This document shows positions 45,864-58,808 of a stretch of DNA of 64,000 nt, in pieces. The notes under the pieces were generated by a model. The model was not told the origin of the DNA and searched no databases. It saw only the letters and a program-made list of their open reading frames with translations. The DNA comes from an uncultured Candidatus Binatia bacterium (GTDB lineage Bacteria; Desulfobacterota; Binatia; Bin18): assembly GCA_965214755.1 (NCBI GenBank), contig OZ243979.1, positions 2,691,251-2,755,250 of the forward strand, written 5' to 3'. Within the stretch, counting starts at the first letter, position 1; each line of letters starts with the position of its first letter. A program made the translations under genes and the position numbers.

Positions 45864-47936
45864 ATGAGCACATCGGCACAACAGCGTGGATCAAACAGTC
45901 CCGAGCTGTCACGTGTGTGGGAGCCGCTGAAGCTCGGCAATCTCACGCTGCGGAATCGGATTCTGCAACCCGCCCATAGCTCGCAGCACGGGGATCCACG
46001 CGATCATGTTTTCTCTGACCGACAGATCGCGTACTTTCGCGAGCGCGCCAAAGGGGGTGTTGCGCTGTGCATTACCGAAACCGTTGCGGCGGCCCGGAGC
46101 GCGCTGGGTTCGTTTTTCCATATCGTTGATGTCTGGAGCGAGAGTTGTATTCCGTCCATGAACAAGCTAGCCGACGCCGTGCATCAGCATGGCGCCAGCA
46201 TCTTTGTCCAGCTCGCCTCAATGGGCGTCCACGATCGCGGCCGGATGTTCATCGACCGCAACAAACCCATCTGGGGCGCATCGCGGATCCCCTCGGTCGT
46301 ACACAATGAAATTCCCCTCGTGATGGGGCCTGACGAGATCGCGGAATTAACGCGCGACTTTGGACAGTCGGCGGCAAACGTCAAGCGCGCCGGGCTTGAT
46401 GGGGTCGAGTTGCACGGGGCGCATAGCTACGGCCTGGGCCAGTTCATGAGTCCGACCTACAATAAGCGCGACGACGCGTACGGCGGGACACCGGCCAAGC
46501 GCTGTCAACTGCTCATCGAATGCGCCGAGCATGTGCGTAAGCGGGTTGGGGCTGACTTTGTGGTGGGAGTCCGGCTGTCGTGGGATGAATTCCTCGGTCC
46601 CGAGGGTGGGATTACCCCGGAGCAGGCAGAAGAACAGGTCGAGGTGTTGGCGGCGACCGGCTTGTTTGACTTCTTCAACATCTCGGCCGGCGGCTATCAC
46701 ACGCTTCATCTGGCGCTGCCCAGCATGGAAGGGGACGAGCCGGATGGCTGGCTCGCGCCGTTCAGCAAACGTGCCAAAGAAATCGTTGGCGACCGGGGCA
46801 GGGTCTTTGTTGTGGGAAAAGTCCGTGATCTCCGGACGGCTGAAGCCATCTTGGAAAGCAATGCGGCCGACATGGTCGCGCTGGCCAGACAGCTCCTGAC
46901 CGATCCCTTTACGGTGAAAAAGACGCGCGAAGGCCGCGAACACGAAATCATCTGCTGCAACCGGTGTAATGAATGCGGGGCGCGTCTGTTTGAACACCGT
47001 GAACTCATCTGCACCCTAAATCCAGTCAGCGGCAGAGAAGCCTACTGGGGGGAGGGTTCACTGAAGAATGTCCCGGAGGCAGACCAAAAGCATATTGTGG
47101 TCATCGGTGGCGGGCCCGCCGGGATGAAGGCCGCCGCGGTTGCGGCCAAGCGCGGTCACGCGGTCACCTTGCTTGAACGCACTGACCGGTTAGGCGGCCA
47201 TTTGCGCGTGCTGGAACAACTACCAGGCCTGACCGACTGGTCGATTGCGATCGACAACCTGGAGCGAGAGGTCACAAATGCGGGGGTCGAGGTCCAGTGC
47301 GGCATTAATGTCACATCACAATCACTGCGGCATATCGAGGCATCCCACGTTGTTGTTGCCACCGGCGCCGTTTACGAACGCACCGGCCAGAGTCTCTATC
47401 GTCCTGAGCGCGAAGCCATTCCTGGAACTGCTCTCCCCCACGTGATTGATGTTGGCACGGCAACCAAGCGGATCCTCGAAGACACCCAGGCGCTCGGCTC
47501 GCGCGTGCTCATCCTGGATGAAACGGGCAGCCACTTGCCTTTTGCCCTGGCCCAGGTGCTGGCCAAAGCAGGGGTCGAGGTCGAGGTCCTCAGCCCGCGC
47601 ATGTTTGCCGGCGAACGCCTCTTTCGCAACCTGGATATCATGTATATCTTCCCCAGGCTGAAGAAGCTGGGCGTACGGATTACCCAGCAATATTTTGTCG
47701 AGGCGATCCGTCCGAGCGAAGTCGATGTGTATGATATCTGGGTCGGGCCGGAAGTGCTGGAAACCCGAGAGCGGATCGATAGCGTGGTGATGTCGATTCT
47801 TCGTGTGCCCAACGATGCGCTCTATGGTGCGGCCAAGGACTCCTTTCCGGAGGTCGTCAGAATCGGCGATGTGGCGGCCCCGCGAGATGTGACGGCGGCC
47901 ATTTTTGACGGCGAGCAATGCGGTCGCGAACTGTAG
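45864..47936 (+). CDS. NADH:flavin oxidoreductase / 2,4-dienoyl-CoA reductase-like (OYE TIM-barrel + 4Fe-4S + FAD/NAD(P) domain)
   Basis: LGNLTLRNRILQPAHS is an OYE-like N-terminus. ICCNRCNECGARLF is a Cys cluster. VVIGGGPAGMKAAAVAAKRGHAVTLLE is a Rossmann fold. 690 aa is typical of the FadH-like family. Confidence 0.7.
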   Translation: MSTSAQQRGSNSPELSRVWEPLKLGNLTLRNRILQPAHSSQHGDPRDHVFSDRQIAYFRERAKGGVALCITETVAAARSALGSFFHIVDVWSESCIPSMNKLADAVHQHGASIFVQLASMGVHDRGRMFIDRNKPIWGASRIPSVVHNEIPLVMGPDEIAELTRDFGQSAANVKRAGLDGVELHGAHSYGLGQFMSPTYNKRDDAYGGTPAKRCQLLIECAEHVRKRVGADFVVGVRLSWDEFLGPEGGITPEQAEEQVEVLAATGLFDFFNISAGGYHTLHLALPSMEGDEPDGWLAPFSKRAKEIVGDRGRVFVVGKVRDLRTAEAILESNAADMVALARQLLTDPFTVKKTREGREHEIICCNRCNECGARLFEHRELICTLNPVSGREAYWGEGSLKNVPEADQKHIVVIGGGPAGMKAAAVAAKRGHAVTLLERTDRLGGHLRVLEQLPGLTDWSIAIDNLEREVTNAGVEVQCGINVTSQSLRHIEASHVVVATGAVYERTGQSLYRPEREAIPGTALPHVIDVGTATKRILEDTQALGSRVLILDETGSHLPFALAQVLAKAGVEVEVLSPRMFAGERLFRNLDIMYIFPRLKKLGVRITQQYFVEAIRPSEVDVYDIWVGPEVLETRERIDSVVMSILRVPNDALYGAAKDSFPEVVRIGDVAAPRDVTAAIFDGEQCGREL

Positions 47937-48061
47937 GTTACCGGAACGGAAGAGCTCGACATCAGGCCCGGCGCGAAGCGAACGTGTTCAACGAGGAAAC
48001 CCCCGGCCCCTAGCCCTCAGCCCAGAGGAAGAGAAAACCAAGAGTGAAGGAAGATTGCACT

Positions 48062-50152
<2,091 letters not shown>

Positions 50153-50488
50153 AAGAGGGCGACGCATACGTTGCCCCTATCGTGCCAAGGAATCCTTCTT
50201 CTTCGACGCGGGCCAGAGCATCACGATCCAATAGCACACAACGCCGAGCCCCACCGTTGCTCCGAGCGGCAGGCCCAACTCCGCCGGTCCGAAGCCCCTA
50301 TGGGCATGGGCCCAAGACGGTATCAGATACGGAAGGACAAGCGCCCACGCAATCAATGCCAGTGTTATGCCGTACATATCAGCCTCTCCGCGCCCAGTTC
50401 TCTCGTCATAGCCGTGGCTCGAATTGGACGCTTCGTGGTATTGGAGAATCAGACCTATCTACATACCTGGCAAGGAGCGTAGGGGGCA

Positions 50489-51778
50489 ATGGATCAACAC
50501 CAGTTCAACCAAGCACTCATCGAATTCTTAGCATCATCGCCAACCCCGTTCCACGCGGTCGCCCAGATAGCCGCACGGCTGTCGGACGCGGGCTTTGAGC
50601 GCCTGGAGGAGTCCGAGGTGTGGCAGCTCGTCCCGGGGGGTCGCTATTGGCTCAGCCGCAATGACTCAGCCATTATTGCCTGGCGGATGCCGACGCGCTG
50701 CGCCTTGGCCGAAAGTGGCTTTCGCATGGTCGGCGCCCACACGGATTCCCCAGGTCTGAAGGTCAAGCCCCAGCCCGAATTACATCGCCACGGCTATCTG
50801 CAATTCGGGGTCGAGGTCTATGGCGGTGCATTGCTCAACCCCTGGTTTGATCGTGATTTATCGCTTGCCGGACGGGTCAGCTATCTGAGTCAGCGGAACG
50901 AGGTAGCTCACGCGTTGCTCGACTTTGCTCAAGCGGTAGCCGTCATTCCCAGCCTGGCCATTCATCTCGACCGGGAGGCAAACCAGAACCGCTCGATCAA
51001 CGCCCAGACCTATCTGCCGCCCATTCTCGGCCAAGCTGACAAAAAACCGGATTTCAAAGCGATCCTGCACAAACGGCTCGAAGCGGACGGCGTCACCGCT
51101 GTGCGTCAGGTGCTGGACTACGAACTGTTTTTCTATGACACTCAGCCACCGCAGCTTGTCGGCCTGGCAAACGAGTTCATCACCTCGGCCCGACTGGACA
51201 ACTTACTGAGCTGTTTTGTCGGCCTCCGGGCCCTGACGACAAGCGCGACCGAACACGGCGCGCTGCTGGTGTGCAACGATCACGAAGAGGTCGGCAGTAC
51301 GTCGGCGTCCGGCGCGTGTGGACCCATGCTGAAACACATGCTGGAGCGCGTCATGCCGGATGCGGAAGAGCGCGGACGCACCCTCGCGCGCTCCATGCTG
51401 ATCTCGACCGACAATGCCCACGGCGTACATCCGAACTTTTCCGACCGGCACGACGACAACCACGGCCCCCGCCTCAACCACGGCGTGGTCATTAAACTCA
51501 ACGCCAACCAGCGCTATGCGAGCAACAGCGAGACCAGCGCCATCCTGCACAAACTGGCCGCGGACACGGATGTGCCAGTGCAGGCCTTTGTCGTACGGAG
51601 CGACATGGCCTGCGGCAGTACCATCGGACCCCTGACCGCAGCCGAGATTGGAGTCCGAACCATAGATGTCGGCGTTCCACAGTGGGCGATGCATTCCATT
51701 CGGGAAGTCGCGGGGACTGCCGACGCGTTTCATCTGCACCGGATATTGCGGCGCTTCTTCGATACGGAGCGGGTCTGA
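50489..51778 (+). CDS. M18 family aminopeptidase (aspartyl aminopeptidase-like)
   Basis: FLASSPTPFHAV, GAHTDSPGLKVKP, NDHEEVGS and ISTDNAHGVHPNF are conserved M18 metal-binding blocks. Confidence 0.75.
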   Translation: MDQHQFNQALIEFLASSPTPFHAVAQIAARLSDAGFERLEESEVWQLVPGGRYWLSRNDSAIIAWRMPTRCALAESGFRMVGAHTDSPGLKVKPQPELHRHGYLQFGVEVYGGALLNPWFDRDLSLAGRVSYLSQRNEVAHALLDFAQAVAVIPSLAIHLDREANQNRSINAQTYLPPILGQADKKPDFKAILHKRLEADGVTAVRQVLDYELFFYDTQPPQLVGLANEFITSARLDNLLSCFVGLRALTTSATEHGALLVCNDHEEVGSTSASGACGPMLKHMLERVMPDAEERGRTLARSMLISTDNAHGVHPNFSDRHDDNHGPRLNHGVVIKLNANQRYASNSETSAILHKLAADTDVPVQAFVVRSDMACGSTIGPLTAAEIGVRTIDVGVPQWAMHSIREVAGTADAFHLHRILRRFFDTERV

Positions 51779-51781
51779 CCC

Positions 51782-53278
51782 CTATTCCCCCGCCAACTCG
51801 GGAACGTGAACGGATGGTTTACGATGCCGGGTGAGCTGTTCATACGCGTAGGCGAACGAAAGGATGTCCGCCTCACGATACGGCAGACCGACGATCTCCA
51901 GACCCACGGGCAGACCGTCGGGGGTAAAGCCCGCGGGCACGCTCACGGCTGGCATCCAGGTCTGGGCCGCAATAAGCGTATTGGTCGGGAAATCCAGCAG
52001 GGGCCATTTGCCAGCGTCAAGCTCAGCCCTTGAGGGCGAGGGCACTTGCGTGGTGGGAAAAACGAGCGCGGTTGTCCCGGCCTTGGCCATTGCATTGATG
52101 ACCGTCCGCTGGAACTGTTCACGCGCGGTATAGCGCTGATAGTACTCAGGGTCGGCGTAGGGGTCCTCGGGACCCTCGACCAGCGCGGCCAGGAAATCCA
52201 GCTTGGGATGATATTTTTTCGCCGCGATGATTTCCCTGAGAGTCTGCATCGGCAGGCCAGGCCGCGCGGCCAGGAAACGATCGATATCGTGACGCGAACG
52301 GGTGATATAGAGCGAAGACCGTTCAATAGAGTGCTGGAGATCGGGCAGGGTGATATCAACCAGGGTCGCGCCTGCCGCGGTGAATATCGCCAGGGCGTCT
52401 TCGATCAGGGCGTTGACCGCGGCGGCCTGAGGATCGGCGTTGTCGCCAAAGACTTCCCGCACCACGCCGACCCGCGCCCCCGAGAGGGCGGCCCGGTCAA
52501 GCAGTGCCGCATACTTGATCTCACCTGCAATGGCGGCCGTCGCGGTATAGGGGTCGGCCGGATCGAACCCGACCAGCACTTCAAGCAGTTTGGCGGCATC
52601 CGTGACCGTGCGACACATGGGTCCGGCAGAGTCCTGAAAGACCACCAGCGGTGACATGCCCGCCCGACTGATGAGGCCGGGCGTGACCTTGAGACCGACC
52701 AGATTATCGAACGCAGACGGCAGGCGGATCGAGCCGCCCGTATCCTCGCCCAGGCCAATAGCGCTCAGGTTGGCCGCGACTGCCGCGCCGGTTCCACCGC
52801 TGGAGCCGCCCGGATCGTGCGCCAGATCATACGGGTTCTTGGTCGTACCGGACTTGGACGAGTAGCTGAACCAGGAGGTGGCAAAGTCCGGCATGGCGGT
52901 CTTGGCCAGAATAATCGCGCCCGCCGCTCGGAGCTTGGTAATGGCCGTAGCATCTGTGGCAGGCATATAACCGTCCAAGGCGCTCGAGCCGAAGGTGGTC
53001 ATAATCCCGGCCGTTTCAACCTGATCCTTCACCACAATGGGAATGCCGTGTAACGGCCCCGACAACCGGCCGGAGGCGGCGAACTCCGCATCGAGCCGGG
53101 CAGCCTCGTCCCGAGCGTGCGGATTGACGGTCACGATCGCGTTGATCGTCGGGCCGCTCCGATCGTAGGCTTCAATTCGGGCCAGATAGCCCTCTACGAG
53201 GTCTGTGCAGATAACTTCGCCGGCGCGCAGGGCGCTCTGAATCTTTGCGATAGTCGTTTCTTCCAGCTTGAATGACAT
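51782..53278 (-). CDS. amidase (amidase-signature family)
   Basis: GPLHGIPIVVKD (catalytic Lys region) and GGSSGGTGAAVAANLSAIGLGEDTGGSIRLPSAF are the AS signature (GGSS[GS]G...GTD.GGS.R.P). Confidence 0.75.
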   Translation of the reverse strand: MSFKLEETTIAKIQSALRAGEVICTDLVEGYLARIEAYDRSGPTINAIVTVNPHARDEAARLDAEFAASGRLSGPLHGIPIVVKDQVETAGIMTTFGSSALDGYMPATDATAITKLRAAGAIILAKTAMPDFATSWFSYSSKSGTTKNPYDLAHDPGGSSGGTGAAVAANLSAIGLGEDTGGSIRLPSAFDNLVGLKVTPGLISRAGMSPLVVFQDSAGPMCRTVTDAAKLLEVLVGFDPADPYTATAAIAGEIKYAALLDRAALSGARVGVVREVFGDNADPQAAAVNALIEDALAIFTAAGATLVDITLPDLQHSIERSSLYITRSRHDIDRFLAARPGLPMQTLREIIAAKKYHPKLDFLAALVEGPEDPYADPEYYQRYTAREQFQRTVINAMAKAGTTALVFPTTQVPSPSRAELDAGKWPLLDFPTNTLIAAQTWMPAVSVPAGFTPDGLPVGLEIVGLPYREADILSFAYAYEQLTRHRKPSVHVPELAGE

Positions 53279-53382
53279 AGCCTGCCTCCGGTCTTTGTGT
53301 ACGGTAGCGCCTGGCCCACCGGCGCACTCGCTCCAAGTGTCCTAGCACGATTCTCCATACGAGAGCGAATGTCTAGCGGTGG

Positions 53383-54518
53383 TCACCCCAGCTTGGGCTT
53401 CGTGACCTTCACCGCTGCCCACAACGCCACCAGGAAAAAGCTCGTCAGGAAAATGAAATCCTGAGCAACGGCGGCAAAGTCAGCTCCTTTCAGAATAATG
53501 GATCGCAGCGCATGGGCGAAATAGCGGGCAGGCAGGCAGTGGGACAGGAAGCTGACGAAGGGAGGATAATTCTCGGTCGGGACAAGGATGCCGGTGATAA
53601 TCACCGAAGGAAACATCACAAAGAAGCTTAGAAAAACCGCCTGCTGCTGATTCTCCGCCACGCCGAGCAAAAAATGCCAAAAGCGAGCGTCGCCAGCATA
53701 AACACCAACGCAACGGCAAACAGCAGGATCAGACTGCCCTGCACGCTAATACCGAAGCTGAGATAGCTGCCGGTCAGCATAATGCACAAGCCGAGATAGC
53801 CCACGCCCACATATGGCAACATCTTGCCGACCATAATCTCGGCGAGCGACAGCGGCGTAGACAAAAGCTGTTCAAAGGTGCCGCGTTCGCGTTCGCGGAC
53901 AAGCGAAATCGCCGCGATCATAAAGAGAATCTGAGTCAGCATATTGGCCGGCATGGCGGACAAGAATCCGTAGCGATCTTGAATACCGGGGTTATACCAA
54001 TAGCGTTTTTCTATAGAGATGGCAGCGTTTGTCACGCGCTGTTCAGTCCGGTCGCGGCTGGGAAGCTGGCTGAGAGAAAACGCGCTGGCCGCCTGGTTGA
54101 TATAATTGGTCAGTCGCAGGGCGCTGGTTGGCTTAGCGCCATTAATCAAGACCTGGATGGGAGCGGGCTCGCCCCGCTGGAGTTTGTCGTCAAAGTTCCA
54201 GGGAACCACAACGCCGACCATACCGTCCTGACGACGCAGGAAGTCTACGACCGCGTCCTCGCTTGAGGCGAACGCCGGCGGCTGGAGGTCGGTCAGGGAA
54301 GACAGGTCACGAATGAGCCGCCGCGAGATGACTGACTGCGACTGGTCGTACACGATCCAGGGCGCATAATTGACGTCGTTGGTGATCGCCAAACCAAACA
54401 GGATGAGATACAGCACCGGCTGGGCCAGAATGGCGGCCAGTAAGGCATGATCGTGCAACATGGTCCGTCCCTCTTTGCGGACCATGGCCAAGACATTGCG
54501 GAAACGCATGCGCCTCAA
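53383..54518 (-). CDS. ABC-2 type transporter permease, reading frame broken by -1 in a T-run (~53690)
   Basis: Fragments 53628..54518 (…LAFGIFCSAW…) and 53383..53670 (…GVAENQQQAVFLSFFVMFPS…) are consecutive parts of one ABC-2 permease. Seven T instead of six in cattttttgctcgg would restore …FGIFLLGVAENQQQ…. Confidence 0.6.
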
Positions 54519-54521
54519 TCC

Positions 54522-55666
54522 TTATGCCACCTGCTTCTGAATCCCCTTGGCCGCGCGGACGAGCAGCAACACCAGAAAGCCGACCAAAAAAGCGATTTCG
54601 GTCCAGAGTTCATCCAGCCCCTGGCCCTTGAGATAAATCCCCCGTGCAATCCGTATGTAGTGTGTCAGGGGGATGAGTTCACCAATGATTTGGAAGGGCG
54701 TTGCCATGAGCGAAAGTGGAAAAATGGCATCGGAGAGCATCAATTGCGGCACCATCGTTAAGACCGAGCGTTCGACTGCTTCCCCGGATGAGGTGGCCGA
54801 ATTTGAGATGAGCAAGCCGATGGAGAGACCGATCAGCAAAAAGATGGGCGTCACCGCGAGGAGCAGGATCAGGCTCCCCTTGGGAATAACGCCAAAGAAC
54901 AGCCAGCCAACCACCACGATGAGTACCGCCGCCACCATGGCGACCCCACCAAAGGGCAGAATCTTCCCGAACACCACCTCGGTTGACGTCACCGGTGTCA
55001 CCAGGAGTTGTTCGAGCGTGCCGGCATCTCGCTCACGGACCATGGCCAAGGTGGTATTGAGCACAGTCACAAAAAGGGTAATCAGACCCAGCAAGCCTGG
55101 GATCATATAGGCCGTTCCTGACAGGCTCGGGTTGAACAGCACCCGCCTGTCGTTGTCACCTGCCCGACCGGTCGGAGATTGCGTTCCGTGAGCGGAGTGC
55201 GCTCCAGACGGCTCTGGGTGTAATAGGTCGTTGCAATAGCCGTCAGAAATCCTTCGGTACTGGTACTTAAGGTCGTGTCTGAGCCGTCCAGCAAAAGTCC
55301 CAGTCGGACCTCTTTCCCGTTGACGATGGTCTCGCTGAAGTTCGACGGGATGACCAGAGCGGCCCGGCTCTGTTCCCGGCCGAACATATGATGGATTTCG
55401 TCTAGATCACGCAGCGGCAAAACAGTGAAATATCCGGTGGATTCTATGGCTTCCAGCAAATCTCGACTATGACGGGTACGGGACTGGTCAAGGACACCCA
55501 AGGGCAGATGATCAAAGTCGGTGGTAATGATGTAGGAGAACAACACGAGTTGCAGGACTGGCATCAGAAACAAGACGCTCAGCGTGAAACGGTCACGGCG
55601 CAGCTCCAGTGACTCGCGCCACAGCAGGGTCAGGAGGCGTGCCAACTTGGCCCGCAATCGACTCAT
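54522..55666 (-). CDS. ABC-2 type transporter permease, reading frame broken in a G-run (~55133)
   Basis: Fragments 55103..55666 (…ERNLRPVGQVTTTGG…) and 54522..55142 (VLFNPSLSGTAYMIPGLLG…). Adding one G in ggcgggtg gives …TTGGVLFNPSLS…, a typical ABC-2 core. Confidence 0.6.
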
Positions 55667-56529
55667 GAATGCGCCTCCTGGCGTTGGCGAATCATGCCGG
55701 TAAATACCTCTTCAATGGAGGGCAGGGCCGAGGCGAACCCCAGCGCGGGATCAATCGTTGTCAACGCCTGGAGAAACTGTTGGATCGTCTGCGTCCCGTC
55801 ATCCGGCAGGAGGAGAAAAGCGGATTGCTCTCCCGCTTCAGATTGCGCCGCAGGCCGCCGGAGCTGATAGGTTTCGGACAAGCGTTGCGCTGCATTGTGC
55901 GCAACGGTTCGATCCGTATGGACCAGGCGGACTCGATAACCACCGGCGAAGTGGATTTTGAGGCCGGTTGGGGTATCCAGACCTATCAACTGACCGCGGT
56001 CAATAAAGCCCATCCGATCGGTGTACTCCATCTCGTCCAGGTAATGGGTTGTGACAAAGAGCGTCTTGCCTTCCTGGGCCAGCTCGCGGATCAATCGCCA
56101 GAAGATCTGCCGATTGACAACATCCACCCCAGCCGTCGGCTCGTCCAGAAAGATGATGTCCGGGTCATGCAGCAGAGAGCAGACCAGAGCGACCCGATGT
56201 TTGATGCCGCTCGGCAGTGAGTGCACAAAAGACTGGTCGAGCCCATCGAGGCCTAAACGAGGATAGAAGTGCTGCTTCTGTTGTTCAACTTTTTGAGCCG
56301 GGACACCGTATAGGCTGGAAAAAAAGCGGATATTTTCCGCCACGGTGAGATTGGCATAGAGGGAAACCTTCTGGGACATATAGCCAATGCGCGCACGCAC
56401 CTCTTCGGCATCAGTTTGAATATCTATGCCGGCAACACGGGCGGTCCCCTCGGTTGGGGCTAATAAGCCACAGAACATCCGAATCGTGGTGGACTTGCCG
56501 CCACCATTGGAGCCCAGGAACCCAAACAC
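55663..56529 (-). CDS. ABC transporter ATP-binding protein (N-terminus/start codon unresolved; homology extends to ~56660)
   Basis: The annotated GTG start sits 2 residues before Walker A (FGFLGSNGGGKST). The same frame continues upstream for about 45 codons (…AVLVAEDLTRRFGDFTAVDRVSFQVRWGE…) with no ATG/GTG/TTG. ACG lies where ATG is expected (…TTKAANG). Confidence 0.6.
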   Translation of the reverse strand: MFGFLGSNGGGKSTTIRMFCGLLAPTEGTARVAGIDIQTDAEEVRARIGYMSQKVSLYANLTVAENIRFFSSLYGVPAQKVEQQKQHFYPRLGLDGLDQSFVHSLPSGIKHRVALVCSLLHDPDIIFLDEPTAGVDVVNRQIFWRLIRELAQEGKTLFVTTHYLDEMEYTDRMGFIDRGQLIGLDTPTGLKIHFAGGYRVRLVHTDRTVAHNAAQRLSETYQLRRPAAQSEAGEQSAFLLLPDDGTQTIQQFLQALTTIDPALGFASALPSIEEVFTGMIRQRQEAHS

Positions 56530-56617
56530 CTCACCCCACCGTACCTGAAAGCTGACGCGATCGACCGCCGTAAAATCTCCAAATCGCCGCGTCAGGTCTT
56601 CAGCGACAAGAACTGCT

Positions 56618-57565
56618 TCAGCGCCGTTGGCCGCCTTCGTCGTGGGCCTGAGCCTCGGAGGTCAGATGCGTAAAGACTAACTCCAGGGTCGGCGGCAGTG
56701 GCTCTGCCCACACCTCCGTCATGCCTAGCTCGTGCAAGGTTGTACGGACCTGGGCAATCTCTGCCGTTGACTCCAGCACAACACTGCCGGCAAGCGTTTG
56801 TGTTCGGACGAACCACGCCGCAGGCCGGAGTGCGGCGAGTGCCTCTTCTATGTTCCTGCCGACCAGACGAGAGGCATGATACGGGTAGTTTGATCGAATG
56901 GCATCCGGAGTGCCGCGGGTCCGGATACGGCCCTCATACAGATAGATCAGCTCATCACACCGCTCGGCCTCGTCAAGATAGCCGGTTGACATGATAATAG
57001 TCACCTCCTGCAAGTGGCGTAGGATCTCCCACACCTCACCCCGGGCAATGACACCCACCCCAGTATTCGGCTCGTCGAGAACCGGGAGTTGAGGGCGATG
57101 GATCAGCGCGCAGATCACGGCGAGCTTTTGTTTCATCCCGCCCGACAAGTTACCGGCTGCGCGGGTTTGAAAATCCTGGAGCGCGGCAATAGTCAGCAAC
57201 TCGTCCGAGCGCTGCTGAAACGTAGCAGCGGCAATGCCGTGAATATCGGCAAAGAACTTGAGGTTATGCAGCACGCTTAATTCAGGGTAGAGCCCAAACG
57301 CCTGCGGCACATAGCCGAGACGTTCTCGGATGCGGTATGGTTCGCGCGCAACATCATAGCCCAGGACGTGCGCCTGGGCAGCCTCAAACTCCAGCAGCCC
57401 AACGAGAGACCGCAAAAGGGTGGTCTTGCCCGCGCCATCCGGGCCAACCACACCAAAGATGCACGGACGCTCAATGACGAGATCAATCCTGTCCAACGCA
57501 ACCGTGGCATCGAACCGCTTATGGAGCTGCGTCAGGCTGACAACCGGCGTCTGCGGTGTGGTCAT
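56618..57565 (-). CDS. ABC transporter ATP-binding protein
   Basis: GVVGPDGAGKTTLLRSL (Walker A), LSGGMKQKLAVICAL (signature), LPVLDEP (Walker B). ATGA overlap with the HlyD gene. Confidence 0.75.
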   Translation of the reverse strand: MTTPQTPVVSLTQLHKRFDATVALDRIDLVIERPCIFGVVGPDGAGKTTLLRSLVGLLEFEAAQAHVLGYDVAREPYRIRERLGYVPQAFGLYPELSVLHNLKFFADIHGIAAATFQQRSDELLTIAALQDFQTRAAGNLSGGMKQKLAVICALIHRPQLPVLDEPNTGVGVIARGEVWEILRHLQEVTIIMSTGYLDEAERCDELIYLYEGRIRTRGTPDAIRSNYPYHASRLVGRNIEEALAALRPAAWFVRTQTLAGSVVLESTAEIAQVRTTLHELGMTEVWAEPLPPTLELVFTHLTSEAQAHDEGGQRR

Positions 57566-58632
57566 GGCGCGGCCTGCGCCTCTTGGAGACGCTCCGCCGG
57601 CTCGGCTCGCTGCTCGGTCTGACGCGCGCCGTTCAAGTAGGCGGTGCCTTCCATGCCCGGTTTCAGGCGTTCAAGCTGGTCTAAAATACGCACTTTAGTC
57701 GCAAACACCTGAGTCATCCGGTCGCTCTTGATTTCAATATTTTTGGGCGTGAACTGGGCGATATCTTCTATGAAACTGATCTCACCAGGAATTAACACAC
57801 CAGGCAGGGCGTCGGGTTCAACACTGACCGGGTCGCCAATATGGACTTTACCCAGGTCGGGTACGGGGACGTAGATGCGAACATATTTATCAAGCGGGTC
57901 AAGCAGGGTTGCAATGCCCGTGCCTGGGTTGACGTACTCGCCGGCTCGGATCAAACGGGTCTGCACCGTGCAGGTGCACGGTGCGCGAATCGTATATTTG
58001 TCCAGGATGATACGCATCTGCTCAAGCTTTTCGGTATCCACAGCCAATTCGCGTTTTTGGACTTCGAGCGTCGTTTCAGCCAGTTCTATTTGACGCAGAT
58101 TTGCTTCCGCATGCGCCAAGGCCGCGCGCTCCCGTGTCAGCACGGCTTGGGCTGTCTCCAGTTGATTTTCGGCTCGGTCGTAGGACTGTTGGCTCAGATA
58201 TTTCGTATCGAGCAAATCCTTCCGCCGCGTCAGTTCTTTTTCGGCAAAGGTGACGTCTGAACTTGCCTTTGCAATATTTGCTCTCGCCGTTCGAATCTGG
58301 ATCGGATACGTATCCCGGGCAAGCGCGAGTTGGGTCTCCAACTGGCGGATTTTCGCTTGACGGAGTTTCAGACTGAGTTCCTGTTGCATCACCTGCGAGC
58401 GATATTCCCGAGCGTCTATCTCGGCCAGCAGGTCACCCTGTTGAACCCGACTGCCATCGGTAAACGCAACCGTCTCGACCCGGCCGCTAATCTCACTCTT
58501 GATGACCTTCTCTTCGCCTTCGATGAAACCGGTGAACGAGAGCTGCTCGTTCTTCTCGGCTCTCGTGTACAGGAACAGACCGGCCCCAATAGCGATCAGG
58601 CCGAGCAGAATAAACGGGAGGCGTTTCTTCAT
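57562..58632 (-). CDS. HlyD family secretion protein (membrane fusion / periplasmic adaptor)
   Basis: ATG 58632 (MKKRLPFILLGLIAIGAGLF is a TM anchor), long coiled-coil (…LETQLALAR…ELAETTLEVQKRELAV…), and a beta-barrel C-domain. Confidence 0.7.
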   Translation of the reverse strand: MKKRLPFILLGLIAIGAGLFLYTRAEKNEQLSFTGFIEGEEKVIKSEISGRVETVAFTDGSRVQQGDLLAEIDAREYRSQVMQQELSLKLRQAKIRQLETQLALARDTYPIQIRTARANIAKASSDVTFAEKELTRRKDLLDTKYLSQQSYDRAENQLETAQAVLTRERAALAHAEANLRQIELAETTLEVQKRELAVDTEKLEQMRIILDKYTIRAPCTCTVQTRLIRAGEYVNPGTGIATLLDPLDKYVRIYVPVPDLGKVHIGDPVSVEPDALPGVLIPGEISFIEDIAQFTPKNIEIKSDRMTQVFATKVRILDQLERLKPGMEGTAYLNGARQTEQRAEPAERLQEAQAAP

Positions 58633-58808
58633 CTGAGGTGTCAGGCGAAGCAACGAAGACGTGTAGAAGAGTTTGCATTTCTGCCATAGCGTACTATCTC
58701 CCATGGACTATATTGGTCATCCTCAATATAGGAGCGCCCTGCAATAGTCGATAAGAGTTTGATTAGAAAACAGTAGGCTCAATTAGAGAGATTTAGGCGG
58801 AGGCGACA

